Shown in pieces: positions 34,590 through 44,845 of a DNA stretch of 64,000 nt (positions are counted from its first letter, which is position 1; every line of letters starts with the position of its first letter). The stretch is from contig NW_027191464.1 in assembly GCF_011745625.1 (NCBI RefSeq), forward strand, positions 1 through 64,000. Reading direction: 5' to 3'. The position numbers and the translations under genes were made by a program. The DNA comes from Cladosporium halotolerans. Its lineage: Eukaryota. The notes beneath the pieces are model-generated. The model searched no databases. It saw only the letters and a list, made by a program, of their open reading frames with translations, and had not been told where the DNA came from.

Positions 34590-36004
34590 ATTCTGAAAAT
34601 CTTCCTGTTCCCTTATCCGCCACAGACTACAGTCTTAATCCGAGCAAAGAGACTTAATCAACTCTTACCTTCATATTCAAAAATGTATATCTTACCCAGT
34701 TCGATTCTGCGAGCCCTGAAATCTCCATGTTGAAACTTGCTTGGACTGACCGTTACTCCGTGCTTGCAGTTTGCCTTCCTCTCTCATCAAGTTCGGCACG
34801 CCGAGCCATTCGCGCGGATTCGCTAGTCAGGGTTGAAAGGACCCCGTTGCTTGTCTTCTGACCGGTCCGGCTTGTGGTGGACGCGTTGTGGTTTTGACTT
34901 TGGCTCGTCTGTCTGACAAACTCTTTTCTTGCTGTTTCATTTGTCTTTGTTTACTGAAGCGCGCGAGAAAGTTGGAGCAGAGTTGCGAGACGGAGAGCGG
35001 AGGAGAGGAGAGAAGGAGAGGAAGGAAGCGTTTGTTGTGATACCACCGGCATGTTCATTTCGTTGAAAATCCTGTTTTCTTGTCGACTGCTCTCACTTTG
35101 GGTTTCTTTCGCTTTTGCTTCTGGTTTCCCTCGATGTTCTCTACGGCTTGCAGGAAGTGAAAATCGCGCGTGTAATACAACTTTGTTGATTCAAAGGTCG
35201 CTAGGAAGATCGAGGAAACAAGAAAATACACTGCTGCCGCTATTCTGCGTCGCCGTTTCGATCAGGCTTTTTAGACGCCTGTGTGCGCCTTTTGTACTAT
35301 GGACTCGACGGCTTGCATTCAGGCTCATCTTCACGCCTGTTCATACTTCTGAGCTTCTTAGGTGGTGAGAAGGTTGGTTTCCAAACGCAGTGCTTCCAGC
35401 CTTGAACATTGATTGCCACGGATCGTTCACGGCTAATACTAGAATACTCTTATTGCGTTGCAATCTGCTCGCTCGGTATCAATGCTCGCAAGGTTCTTTT
35501 TCCATACGGTATTGTGGGATGGGTTCCGTTCTACTCTGGAATCCGTCTTCGTGACGAAGTATCGTTCAAGCATCGACGCCATAAATGTGTGTAGACATCC
35601 GATTACGTCCACCGTACTCCATTACACCAAGTAACATCGTATGGCGTCAGCTTGAAAGTAGCATCACGATTTCAAGTCTGCTTGACCGCATGCGAGGCAC
35701 GTGTCCAATGCGGGAGCTATAGCTCTCTGCCTCGAACACAAGGAGTTTCTCGAATCCAGATGCAATCGACGCTGTTAACGACGAACGATCACTTGGAGAT
35801 CTAGATCACCCCATGGAGAGCAGCCAACAACGAACAAACGCACAAGCATAACACAGCGCCTTCCAGCCAAACGTTCTTTTCCACAATCGAAAGCCGTCCT
35901 CGACCCGGATCATAGACAGAAAACCCACACAACACCTCCCACCCCAGTCTCGACCCATCACACCATCCACACGCCAACAACCCCCCATCACATGCCAGAA
36001 ACAA

Positions 36005-36032
36005 CAAGCAAGCAAGCAAGCAAGCAAGCAAG
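36005..36032 (+). repeat. (CAAG)7 microsatellite
   Basis: Seven perfect CAAG units. Confidence 0.9.
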
Positions 36033-38306
36033 CCAGCTCCCAAAACCACCACAACCACCACCACCAGCACACCAGCCCCGCCCAGATCTAGACCCCCCTC
36101 CACCCCAAACCCAACCCTCACCCACGCAACAAAAAAGAACCCAAGCCCGCAAACAAGCTCCCTCCCACCACGTGCCTCCCACGCGCATCGCCCACGACCC
36201 ACGGCTCCTCCCAATCCGATCCAGGGCAGTTCGCACAACCTTAACGCACAGAAGAATCCCAAAACCAGCTCCTCCCTGCGCCACAAAAAAAAGCCCAGCC
36301 ACGTGTGGCTCAGCAAGCCAGCCCCGGCCCCGGCACCGCCCGCCCGCCAGACGCCACGGTTCGAAGAAAACGGGGAGGGGGGCTTCCATTCTAGACCGCT
36401 GCGCGCCTGTCAGATGCTTGTCGTGCGCCTCTTTGGCCATCGTCTCCGTGGGACTGGGAAGGAACAGACGCGGGCGGTGTTCGGTGGAGCCGGTACCTTG
36501 CTGGAGGCCATTTGTCACGTCAGGCCATCGCAGCGCGACGGGTGGGAGGTGGGAGGTGCCGGTGGTTTGTCAGGCGGGCCAGGCGGGCAGCGAAGCACGT
36601 GGGAGTAGGTTTTGTTTTTGGTCTGCGCTCTTGATTTTTGTGTTTACTTGGGTTTGGGTTTGGAGGGTTCGGATGGGAGGGGAGGGCAAGGGCGTTTCGT
36701 GCGTTGGGCGGATTGGGCAGGGTAGGGCTGGCTGTGCCTGGGCTTTGGGGGGGGATCTGGGCCTTGTTTTTTCGATGTGAGGTGTGGGAGCTGGAGATGG
36801 GAGATGGGGTGATGATGATGATCATCAAGTTGGATAACGTTACGAGGGAACACGACGATGCATGCGCAGCCAGCCGTGTGCTGCGATGCGGCGATGGAAA
36901 TACGGGTACGAGGTACGTTGATACAGTATACGACATGTGAATGGACATACACGCTGTACATGCATTATTGCGTCGAAGACCGACGATGATCGACAAGGGC
37001 AGACGGGTAGGTAGACAGGTTGCGGCATGATCCAATCCCGCCGCGTGCCTGCGATCTACCTGGACACAAGCCGGCACCGCCTGCTCGAAACAGCAGTAGG
37101 TGGGCGAGATGCCTTCTCTGACGTCGCCCGTCCGTCCCTCGCAAGTACAGCGTCCAGCTCTGAAACGCACAACAGACCCCATGGTTCACCCAGCACCCAG
37201 GCACCAGCACCCGTAGAGCACGACGCCACCACGTGCGCAGCACCAAACACTCACCCACACGGAATATAGCGTGGATGGAAAGAAAGGCCCGAAATCCAAG
37301 ACAATGTCTCACTCCCAGACCACCGTGCAGACCGCGAATCCAGCTCCGCGGGACAGGCGCCTATATCGGCGCCCTTACTATAGACCCTCTCGATCGCAGA
37401 ACGAAGCTTCAGGGCGGGAAGCGGCGCAGGGGGCGCGAAAATCGGCTCTGCGGCGCCGTGGGACGGCGGGCGGCGCTGTGATAGGCTGCGCGAGCTTTCT
37501 CCGGGCCACTGAGTGAGCCATGGTAGGGACGACTTCGTTCTTCAGGCCTCTGGTTTGGCCTGGCTCGCCGGTTGATGATCGCCACGGCGCTGGGGCGGCG
37601 GCACCGCGATTTAGCGCGGACCCGAGGGCGCGGGTTGGGGGGGGAGAGACGAGACCCCTTGTGCTTTTGGGCGGGCGCGCACGCGGCGTTGGGTTTGGAG
37701 AGGTCCGGTGGTTCTGGGTCTGCGCTGCGTTGGTGCGTTCAAGGGAGTGAGAGGAGGCTGCCGCGTGGGGTTGTCGTACAGTTCGTGTAGCTCGTTTGGC
37801 TGTTGCGAGGGAACGGGGGCGTCTGTAGGTCTCAGGTTTCCCACGTGGAGGCTGCCGATTTTTGGAGCGAGGGAGTTGGTCGTGAGGTCTCGCTCTGTGG
37901 CTGTTTGCGTGTGTGCTTGGCGTTGCGGCGTGGGCATAGCAGGAGGGTGATATGGGGTGTTTGTGAGGACTTGCTGGAGAAGCTTTGAAGCGTTCAGCGG
38001 TACCCGCGGGCGACTAGCTGGTCTGAAGACCTCTAGCAGATCTTGGGGTGTGGTTCAGAGGCATGCAGCGTGCAGTATGTGTGGTGTGTAGGATGCTGTG
38101 CCGTGCCATGGGAGTGGTGTGGTTCTTGTGGTTCTCGATCTCCAGTCTGCCGGGAGCCCTTCGTCATCCAAGGACTGTTTTTTGGATAGATAGTCGCGAC
38201 GCGCGCCCTGCCTGCTCATGGGATGTTGTCATCGATGATCACTTACGCCTAACACTAATCCCACCAACGACCCACTTACATTCTTACCCAAACGCGGCTG
38301 GCCGCT

Positions 38307-39368
38307 ATGAGTTTCGATCGATACTTTGAAGAAGGCCGACTTAGAGACGACGAGAGCATCGACGACTGGTACGACCTTGTCCGGGAAGCGCTGTGGACTG
38401 CAGACTTGCAATCACAGCGTAGCCGGGCAACGCTGGCGATGAACCTCATGAAGCCACTTCCGATGATACCAGAGGATAGCGCGCAAGACTTCGAGATGGC
38501 CGAAAAGATGTCCGACACAGACCGCACGCCGAGCAGCGTCTACAGCTCGGAACTCGATTACTCGCACTGGCCCAGCCCTCACGACGACGAGCAACGTCTG
38601 CTTGGAAGACATGATGGGAATGGCACCAGCATTGAAAGACCAGACGAGGCCGCGCCCTCCCGCCGGTCAAGCAGCACCTACAGTACGGACTTTGACTCGC
38701 CGCAATCGCCAGAGAGTGGTGAATTGGAGCGCTGGGGAAGTGAAGTCTGCGACGTGAATCAGAACAACATGCGCTCCTTACGGGGAAAGCCTCACAATCG
38801 AGCATCGAGCTGTGCGCGCAACGTCGTCGCGGATTGGTCTCCGTCAGACTGCGGCAGCGACCTTGTGCGGAGCTTGAACCAAGGCAGCATTCACAGCAGA
38901 GACACTAGCGCCTCCAGCTACAAGAGCTTCGCCAAAAGCAGCTATGCGACCGCACACTCGCGCACGTTCTCGGACGACTCGACGGCATCCTCCAAGCAGG
39001 TGCGCTTCGAGGAGACGGCGATGGTGTCGTTCTTCGACTTCTCAGACGATGAATCACAAGATTCCGACGGGTCAGACAGGTTGAGCGCCAGGTTGGGCTC
39101 GCCAGCGAACAAGTGCATACAAGCCGGCAGACAGCTGCGGAAGAAGGCCCTCTCCTTCCGCATCTCGACGACCAAGGCGAACCTCAAAACAGCGAGCGTC
39201 CCGTCGAGAGATGTGCCGGCGCTTGCGGCTTGGCTTTTCCGGCCCTCGCTACTGGACAGGGTTTCGACCTCGCCAGTAAGCGACGGCACGGGCTTAGAGG
39301 GACGACTTATGGCTGGGGCGGCGGAGAATGCGAGAGCAAGGCGAGTGTCTGGCCGGACGCAGGCTTGA
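38307..39368 (+). CDS. Hypothetical Ser/Asp-rich disordered protein, 353 aa, with a KQVRF motif
   Basis: ATG-initiated 1062-nt ORF with plausible composition in an otherwise gene-free region. No recognisable domain. Confidence 0.55.
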   Translation: MSFDRYFEEGRLRDDESIDDWYDLVREALWTADLQSQRSRATLAMNLMKPLPMIPEDSAQDFEMAEKMSDTDRTPSSVYSSELDYSHWPSPHDDEQRLLGRHDGNGTSIERPDEAAPSRRSSSTYSTDFDSPQSPESGELERWGSEVCDVNQNNMRSLRGKPHNRASSCARNVVADWSPSDCGSDLVRSLNQGSIHSRDTSASSYKSFAKSSYATAHSRTFSDDSTASSKQVRFEETAMVSFFDFSDDESQDSDGSDRLSARLGSPANKCIQAGRQLRKKALSFRISTTKANLKTASVPSRDVPALAAWLFRPSLLDRVSTSPVSDGTGLEGRLMAGAAENARARRVSGRTQA

Positions 39369-40177
39369 GAGTTGAGACGGAGGAGGAAGTGAGAAGGAGG
39401 CGCCTCATCAGACGGAGAGGTCCGCCCGCGGGGCACGAGATTGCTACTGCGAGCGTGTTGCATTGATTGCACGTTTGATGACAGGCGCGCAGGATTGTTG
39501 GCCTGGCGCTGGGCGAGCAGGGCAGGGCAGGGCGAAGGCTGAATACGAGTCAGGGGGATTAGCGGGAGTTCGGGCGGTTTGGGCTTGGTAGTCTCGTCGA
39601 TTAATATACGCGATGAACACGTTGTCGATGTGTGCAGTAGCCTCGCTCGCCTGGCTGTAGTTGCATGTCCCTAGAGCTGAGGTTGAGCGGCCGCCCCGCA
39701 CACGTGCTTGGGTTAGACGATGGGGTGATGCTGGCGCGGTTTGGCGGTGGGCGCACGGGGCGAGACGGCAGCACGGGCTGGTGGCCGCGGCGCTGTGGAG
39801 GACGAGACTGCGAGACGGCGGGCTCGGGGCCGGTCGAGGTCGCAGTGGAGTCCGAAGATGCGGTGCGTGTCGAGCTACACACGAAGCACGAGGCAGCAAT
39901 GCGAGGTGGCTTGCAGGCGCAAGATTCCGAAGTGCGGATCGCGAACCACGGCGCTGTCACGCTCGGGCGAGACATGAAGACGATCTCGAGGGCCGTCGCA
40001 GCAGCGCGGGAGCGGCCTGCGAGCTGTGCTGGGGCTGCTTGGCGGTGCCGCGGCGGCCAGTGGCAGATCCCGCCCGATGCCGCCATGCACGGGGAGGCGT
40101 CTGGGCGGCAGATGCGATCGCGGGCTGAGGCAGGCCTGGCGTACCTGGTGAGGGCACAGCCTGGCGTGCCTGATTTT

Positions 40178-40216
40178 CTCAGGAACCTTCCTCAGGAACC
40201 TTCCTCAGCAACCTTC
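40178..40216 (+). repeat. 13-bp tandem repeat CTCAGGAACCTTC x3 (third copy has 1 mismatch)
   Basis: Copies at 40178-40190, 40191-40203 and 40204-40216. Confidence 0.85.
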
Positions 40217-41356
40217 GCACGCCTCTCTTTTGCCTCCACCAGGCCGGCCGGACGAGCCGAAGGCGCAATCGCTGGCCACGGCGCCCTGTGGCGCGCCGCA
40301 CCACCAGCGTATGCTTTGTGCCCGTCCGGTGCTGAACCAACGCGGCACCGGCGAGACTGCGTGAGGAAAAGCATGATCGCTAGCGCCGACCCTGCTGTCT
40401 CCTGTTCCTGGCAGATGCGCTGATCCTCTGCCGTGTCTGGCGGCATCGCACTGCGCTGCTAACCCATCACGGCCCCTACGTTACATGCCCACGCGAGTGC
40501 TGCAGCGGCCGCTGCCAGTGCCAACCCGCCGGGCCTGCACGCACAAGCTGCCATCCTTGCAGCGATTGACTTGAGCGCGCACATCGTTCTATTTATGCGC
40601 GCGGGTCGAGCGGCGGGTATGCACAAAGTATTGCTCGCCAACCCGCCGGCCTGCTCGCCACGCCGCTGCTGTCTCCACGCCGCCCGGTGCCTGTGCCTGT
40701 TTTGTGCGCGCTGCCTGCCGGACGGCGTTGATGTCTGGCATCCTCTCACACGCCGCCTCACGCCATCGCGCGCGCCTGGCGGCACTGCCATGCACCGCCA
40801 GCACGGCCTTGCATCAATGCATCAATGCATCCAAGCACCCAAAGCACCCAAGCACCCGAGCATCGACGCATCGACGCATCGACACAACGTGCCCAAGGCC
40901 GCCACTCCACCCGCCGGGTCGCGGCCGTGTGATTTGTGATCGTCCCGCCGGCCTTGCTTTGCCTCCTCGTGGGGCAGACGCCGCCCAGATCAAGCCGTGC
41001 AAGCCTCGCAGCAGGCCTCGGTGACGCTCAGACGCTTCAGACTTTCAGTAGCCTCTAGCCACTCCTGGCTTGCCTGGTACCTTTCTTACTTCTCCGGGCC
41101 TCGTTTCGTCCCCGTATCCTCGCCTGGTCCAAGCCGGCCTGGATCGACGCCCAAGCATTTCATCCTTCCGCGCGAGGCCTGCATCTCGCCTCAGCTCGCG
41201 CCTGTTATTAACATCTGCCCTTCTCCCGTGCTCGGTCCGACTTGTTTCTTCCGTCTCCACAAACCACATCTTGCCAACCCACACCACTTCCCTTGCTGCG
41301 ACTTATTCTCCGACCGTACACTTCCTCCCCGGATACGCATTGCAGATCCCTCCATC

Positions 41357-41926
41357 ATGACCTCATCCGGTCTCCCGAGCAGCATGTGCGGCAATGCCAA
41401 CGATAGCAGCTATGCCTCCGCCGACCAGGCCTCAATCCGCTCGTCAGGTCAATCATCCATAAAATCCGGTTCGACTGGCAAGCCCAAACGAACAGTTCGA
41501 TTCCAGGACCCGGACCCTGTCGACTCGCTGGCACCGTCCATTGACCTCCAACCGAGCCCCAACACCTCTCTGTCCTCTCTTGACCTTTCAGACGACTCTT
41601 CTTCATACAGCCGCCACTCGCGGCAATCCTCATCCGTCGCCTCTTCCATCAGGAGTGGCAAGCGGCCGGTCCGCAGCTCATCACCTGCCTTCGCCAGACC
41701 TCTCGGCTCGCTGAGGCCACCTCTCACCCGGGGCGACTCCGCCAGCTCCACAGCTTCCGCTCCTGGCGAGCTCGAATTCACCGACTGGCTCTCACGCATG
41801 GAGGAGATCAGAGCGTCCAAGGAGTCGAAGTCCGAGCAGCAGCTTTCCAAGTCCGGCCGAAAAGACAACGACAAGGATGAGCGCAAGAAGAAGCGACGCA
41901 GCTGGGTCAATCTGCTCGTGAGGTGA
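41357..41926 (+). CDS. Hypothetical Ser-rich protein, 189 aa, with a KRTVRF motif and a basic C-terminus
   Basis: ATG in good context (CATCATGA) after a pyrimidine-rich leader. Ends KKKRRSWVNLLVR. The ORF-track extension from 40997 (non-ATG start) is probably 5' UTR. Confidence 0.6.
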   Translation: MTSSGLPSSMCGNANDSSYASADQASIRSSGQSSIKSGSTGKPKRTVRFQDPDPVDSLAPSIDLQPSPNTSLSSLDLSDDSSSYSRHSRQSSSVASSIRSGKRPVRSSSPAFARPLGSLRPPLTRGDSASSTASAPGELEFTDWLSRMEEIRASKESKSEQQLSKSGRKDNDKDERKKKRRSWVNLLVR

Positions 41927-42538
41927 GCGGATCATCGTAGACTTTGCTGGCTGGTTCCCAACGTCGACATGTGTTCACGAGTCACGATTTTACATTTTTC
42001 GCTCGACACAGAGCTGCTGCGAGGGAGTTTCATCGATCGAGCGCTTCGAGCTTCATGTTCGCTTATGTTTTGCTCTGACGTCATTCAAGCAGCGTGTTCA
42101 GCTGTTTCTTGGTCCTTTCCTTCGGACGAAACATCTTAATGTCTTCACGTCGCGGCGTCGCTTGTTTACCGCTCGAGGGGCATCAAAAAGAGATTGGAAC
42201 CCAGGGTCAAGGGTCTGCTACGATGTTCTCGCACAGGCATGCGGTCTTTTTTGTACTAATGAGGCGATCGTCGCACAACACACGATGCGCGGCATGGGCA
42301 TGGGCATGGGCTTGCAAAAAAAGAAAAAGTTCAAGGGTCCCTGGGAAACGCCACATACCTCAGCGGCGAGTGCCGACGCAGGCACGGCGTTATCGCCACC
42401 ACCGCCAAAGGCGTCACGGTACAGCTCACATGCATCGACATCAAGTCAGCAGAAAAAAATCAAAAACATTCTTCAACCCATTTCATCTACCTCTCCCCTC
42501 TGTCTCGCGTCGTTCACTCTCCCGTCAGGTACTCTACC

Positions 42539-44845
42539 TTACTCAAACACCAACTCCCCACCCACGTTCCCCACCCTCTCCTCCAACCTCACCAAATTCC
42601 TCTGCCAGCTCTTCCCATCCCCCGCCTCAACCTCCATCACCGTCCCCTCGCCGCCCACCAACCCCAAACCCCTACAGCTCGCCACAACCCCCCCTCCCCG
42701 CTGCCACGTCACCTTCCCCCACGTATTGACAAAGCACGCGTCCAAATCCAACCGACTCTCCCTCCACTCCCCCTCCCCCTGCCCCCCATACCGCACCGCG
42801 CACTCGCCCACAAGCCACCTGCCCCCCTCGACCCTCAGGCCCCTCACGCTCGCCGCGTCCGCCAGCCCGCCCCGGAACACCGCCGCGCGCGCTTTCATCC
42901 CCTTCCGCGCAGCCGCAAGATATGTCTCCGCGGCTTTCGCCACAATCCCCCTCACCTGCTCCGCCGGCATCTTCGGCCGCCGGTCGTACGTGTACAGGCC
43001 GTTGGTCTCCTGCTCGATGTCCGTCGTCTGCGTGTAGACGAACCCCCCGCACAGCCCGCTGTGCACGACGGCGCCGCAGAGCGCGGCGAAGCGCGCGAGC
43101 AGGTCGTCCGTCGACGAGGCCGTCGTGTAGCCCCAGCCGCGCTCGTGGTGCGGGTCCGCGCCGCTGGCGCCGGAGGTGATGTTGACGCCGCCGAACTCGG
43201 AGCAGAAGACCGGCGCGTGGGGCGTGTGGGCGCTGCCGGCGTCGGGCATGGGGGGGGTGTTGGTCGGGGGCAGGAAGAGGGGGCGGCCGGTGGTGGTGAT
43301 GGAGTGCAGGGTGGCGGTGCGCTGGGCGAGGGTCGGGGCGTCGGCGTAGTCGTGGAAGGTGGTGAGGTCGGTGGCGACGTGCTCCCAGCCGCAGTTGTCG
43401 TTGATGGGCCGGGTGGGGTCCAGCGTCTTGGTCTGGTAGTACAGGCTGCGGACGTGGTTGCGGTGGTGCGGGTTGTGGCTCAGCTCGCTGTAGCCCCAGC
43501 TCTCGTTAACGGTCGTCCAGGCGACGACGCACGGGTGGTTGATGTCGCGCTTCACGGCTTCGGTCCACTCCTGGTCGAAGCGCGCGGTCATCTCGCCGCC
43601 GAAGTCGTACGGGCTCGCCATCTCGCCCCAGACGAGGAAGCCCAGCCGGTCCGCCCAGTAGTGGAAGCGCGGGTCTTCGACTTTCTGGTGTTTGCGGCAG
43701 CCGTTGAAGCCCATGGCTTTGGAGAGCTCGATGTCCTCTTTGAGGGCGGTGGGGGTTGGTGGGGTCATGAGGGAGCTGGGCCAGTAGCCTTGGTCGAGCA
43801 GGAGGGCTTGGAAGTAGGGGTGGTTGTTTAGGCGCAGGGTGCCGTCGCCGTTAGCCCAGCTGATTTGGCGCATGCCGGTGGTGGTTTTGGCTTCGTCGAT
43901 TTGCTTGTCGGAGCCGTCGAAGAGTCTGATCGTGATGTCGTAGAGCTGGGGGAAGTCGGGGGACCAGAGAGCGACGCCGTTCAGCCAGGCCATGTCGTTG
44001 TCGAGCGGTGCTTTCTTGGTGACATCCTCGGGCAGACTCTTCAGCTGCTCGGGCGACATGCGCATGCCCAGGTTAAGAGCGATGCGCTTCGCGACGGGCA
44101 TTTCTGCTTTCGAGCTGGTGGCGACCACTTTGCCGGCGAAGCTCGACTCCAGCTGCACGCTGTACTTCTCGCCTGCCTTCCGGCCGAGCACAGCAACGGT
44201 CGCGTGCAAGGTGCCGCTCTCGATGTCGTGGGATCGTAGGATCGTCCCGTTGCTGCTGTCAGCCAGTCTAGTCGCCGGCACAGATTCCAGCCAGACGTTC
44301 TGCCAGATTCCGCTGGAAGGCGTGTAGAAGATGCTCTCGGGCTTCGGGCCCCAGAACTGCTTGCCGCGCGGCTGCGTGACGTCCGTGGCGGAGTCGAAGA
44401 CTCGCAGCGTCAGTTTGTGAGAAGCCGCTTGGCCAGAGAAGGCGTCCGTGATGTCGATGTCGAATGGCACGTGGCCGCCACGGTGGCCTCCGACGTAGCT
44501 TCCGTCAACCCAGACGGTGCATTCGTAGTCGACAGCTCCGAAGCGGGCGAGGATGCGGTCTTTTCTGTCCTTCTGCGAGGAAGTGCGAGGGTCTTCGATT
44601 GCTCTCTCATACCACAGGACCTCGTGGATGCTCTGCTCGTTGATGCCTGAGGCGGGAGCCTGGAAGACGTAGGGGACTTGGATGGTCTTCAAGACGTTCT
44701 TAGGGATGCCGTTCTTGTGCCATTGCTCATCGAGGCCTTCGTCCTTGTCGTCGAAGACGAAGTCCCAAGGGCCGTTCAATGAGACCCATGATTGCTCGCG
44801 TGTGAAGTCTGGGCGAGGGTAGGCATCGGCGGCTTGTGATGACAT
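42539..44845 (-). CDS. Glycoside hydrolase family 2 (beta-galactosidase/glucuronidase-like) with a C-terminal CVNH domain, 768 aa, intronless
   Basis: YPRPDF...LNGPWDF, RFGAVDY, QPRGKQ, YTPSSGIWQNVWLE, LDQGYWP, GFNGCRKHQK, catalytic NESWG and SEFGG, YTQTTDIEQETNGL. The last ~110 aa follow the CVNH pattern (L.GEC...GEWRES.LDLDACF.N..G...W...G....SCR...L.ERVGN.GG.L.F). Confidence 0.9.
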   Translation of the reverse strand: MSSQAADAYPRPDFTREQSWVSLNGPWDFVFDDKDEGLDEQWHKNGIPKNVLKTIQVPYVFQAPASGINEQSIHEVLWYERAIEDPRTSSQKDRKDRILARFGAVDYECTVWVDGSYVGGHRGGHVPFDIDITDAFSGQAASHKLTLRVFDSATDVTQPRGKQFWGPKPESIFYTPSSGIWQNVWLESVPATRLADSSNGTILRSHDIESGTLHATVAVLGRKAGEKYSVQLESSFAGKVVATSSKAEMPVAKRIALNLGMRMSPEQLKSLPEDVTKKAPLDNDMAWLNGVALWSPDFPQLYDITIRLFDGSDKQIDEAKTTTGMRQISWANGDGTLRLNNHPYFQALLLDQGYWPSSLMTPPTPTALKEDIELSKAMGFNGCRKHQKVEDPRFHYWADRLGFLVWGEMASPYDFGGEMTARFDQEWTEAVKRDINHPCVVAWTTVNESWGYSELSHNPHHRNHVRSLYYQTKTLDPTRPINDNCGWEHVATDLTTFHDYADAPTLAQRTATLHSITTTGRPLFLPPTNTPPMPDAGSAHTPHAPVFCSEFGGVNITSGASGADPHHERGWGYTTASSTDDLLARFAALCGAVVHSGLCGGFVYTQTTDIEQETNGLYTYDRRPKMPAEQVRGIVAKAAETYLAAARKGMKARAAVFRGGLADAASVRGLRVEGGRWLVGECAVRYGGQGEGEWRESRLDLDACFVNTWGKVTWQRGGGVVASCRGLGLVGGEGTVMEVEAGDGKSWQRNLVRLEERVGNVGGELVFE

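Noticed and set aside
35801..36961. ORFs of 170-260 aa on both strands (e.g. 35992..36780)
   Set aside because: Low-complexity products of the C/A- and G/T-skewed sequence, which lacks stop codons. No domain or splice support.
39444..41024. Overlapping ORFs of 150-250 aa (e.g. 39665..40423)
   Set aside because: GC-rich sequence open in several frames at once, with Arg/Ala-rich products and no recognisable motifs.
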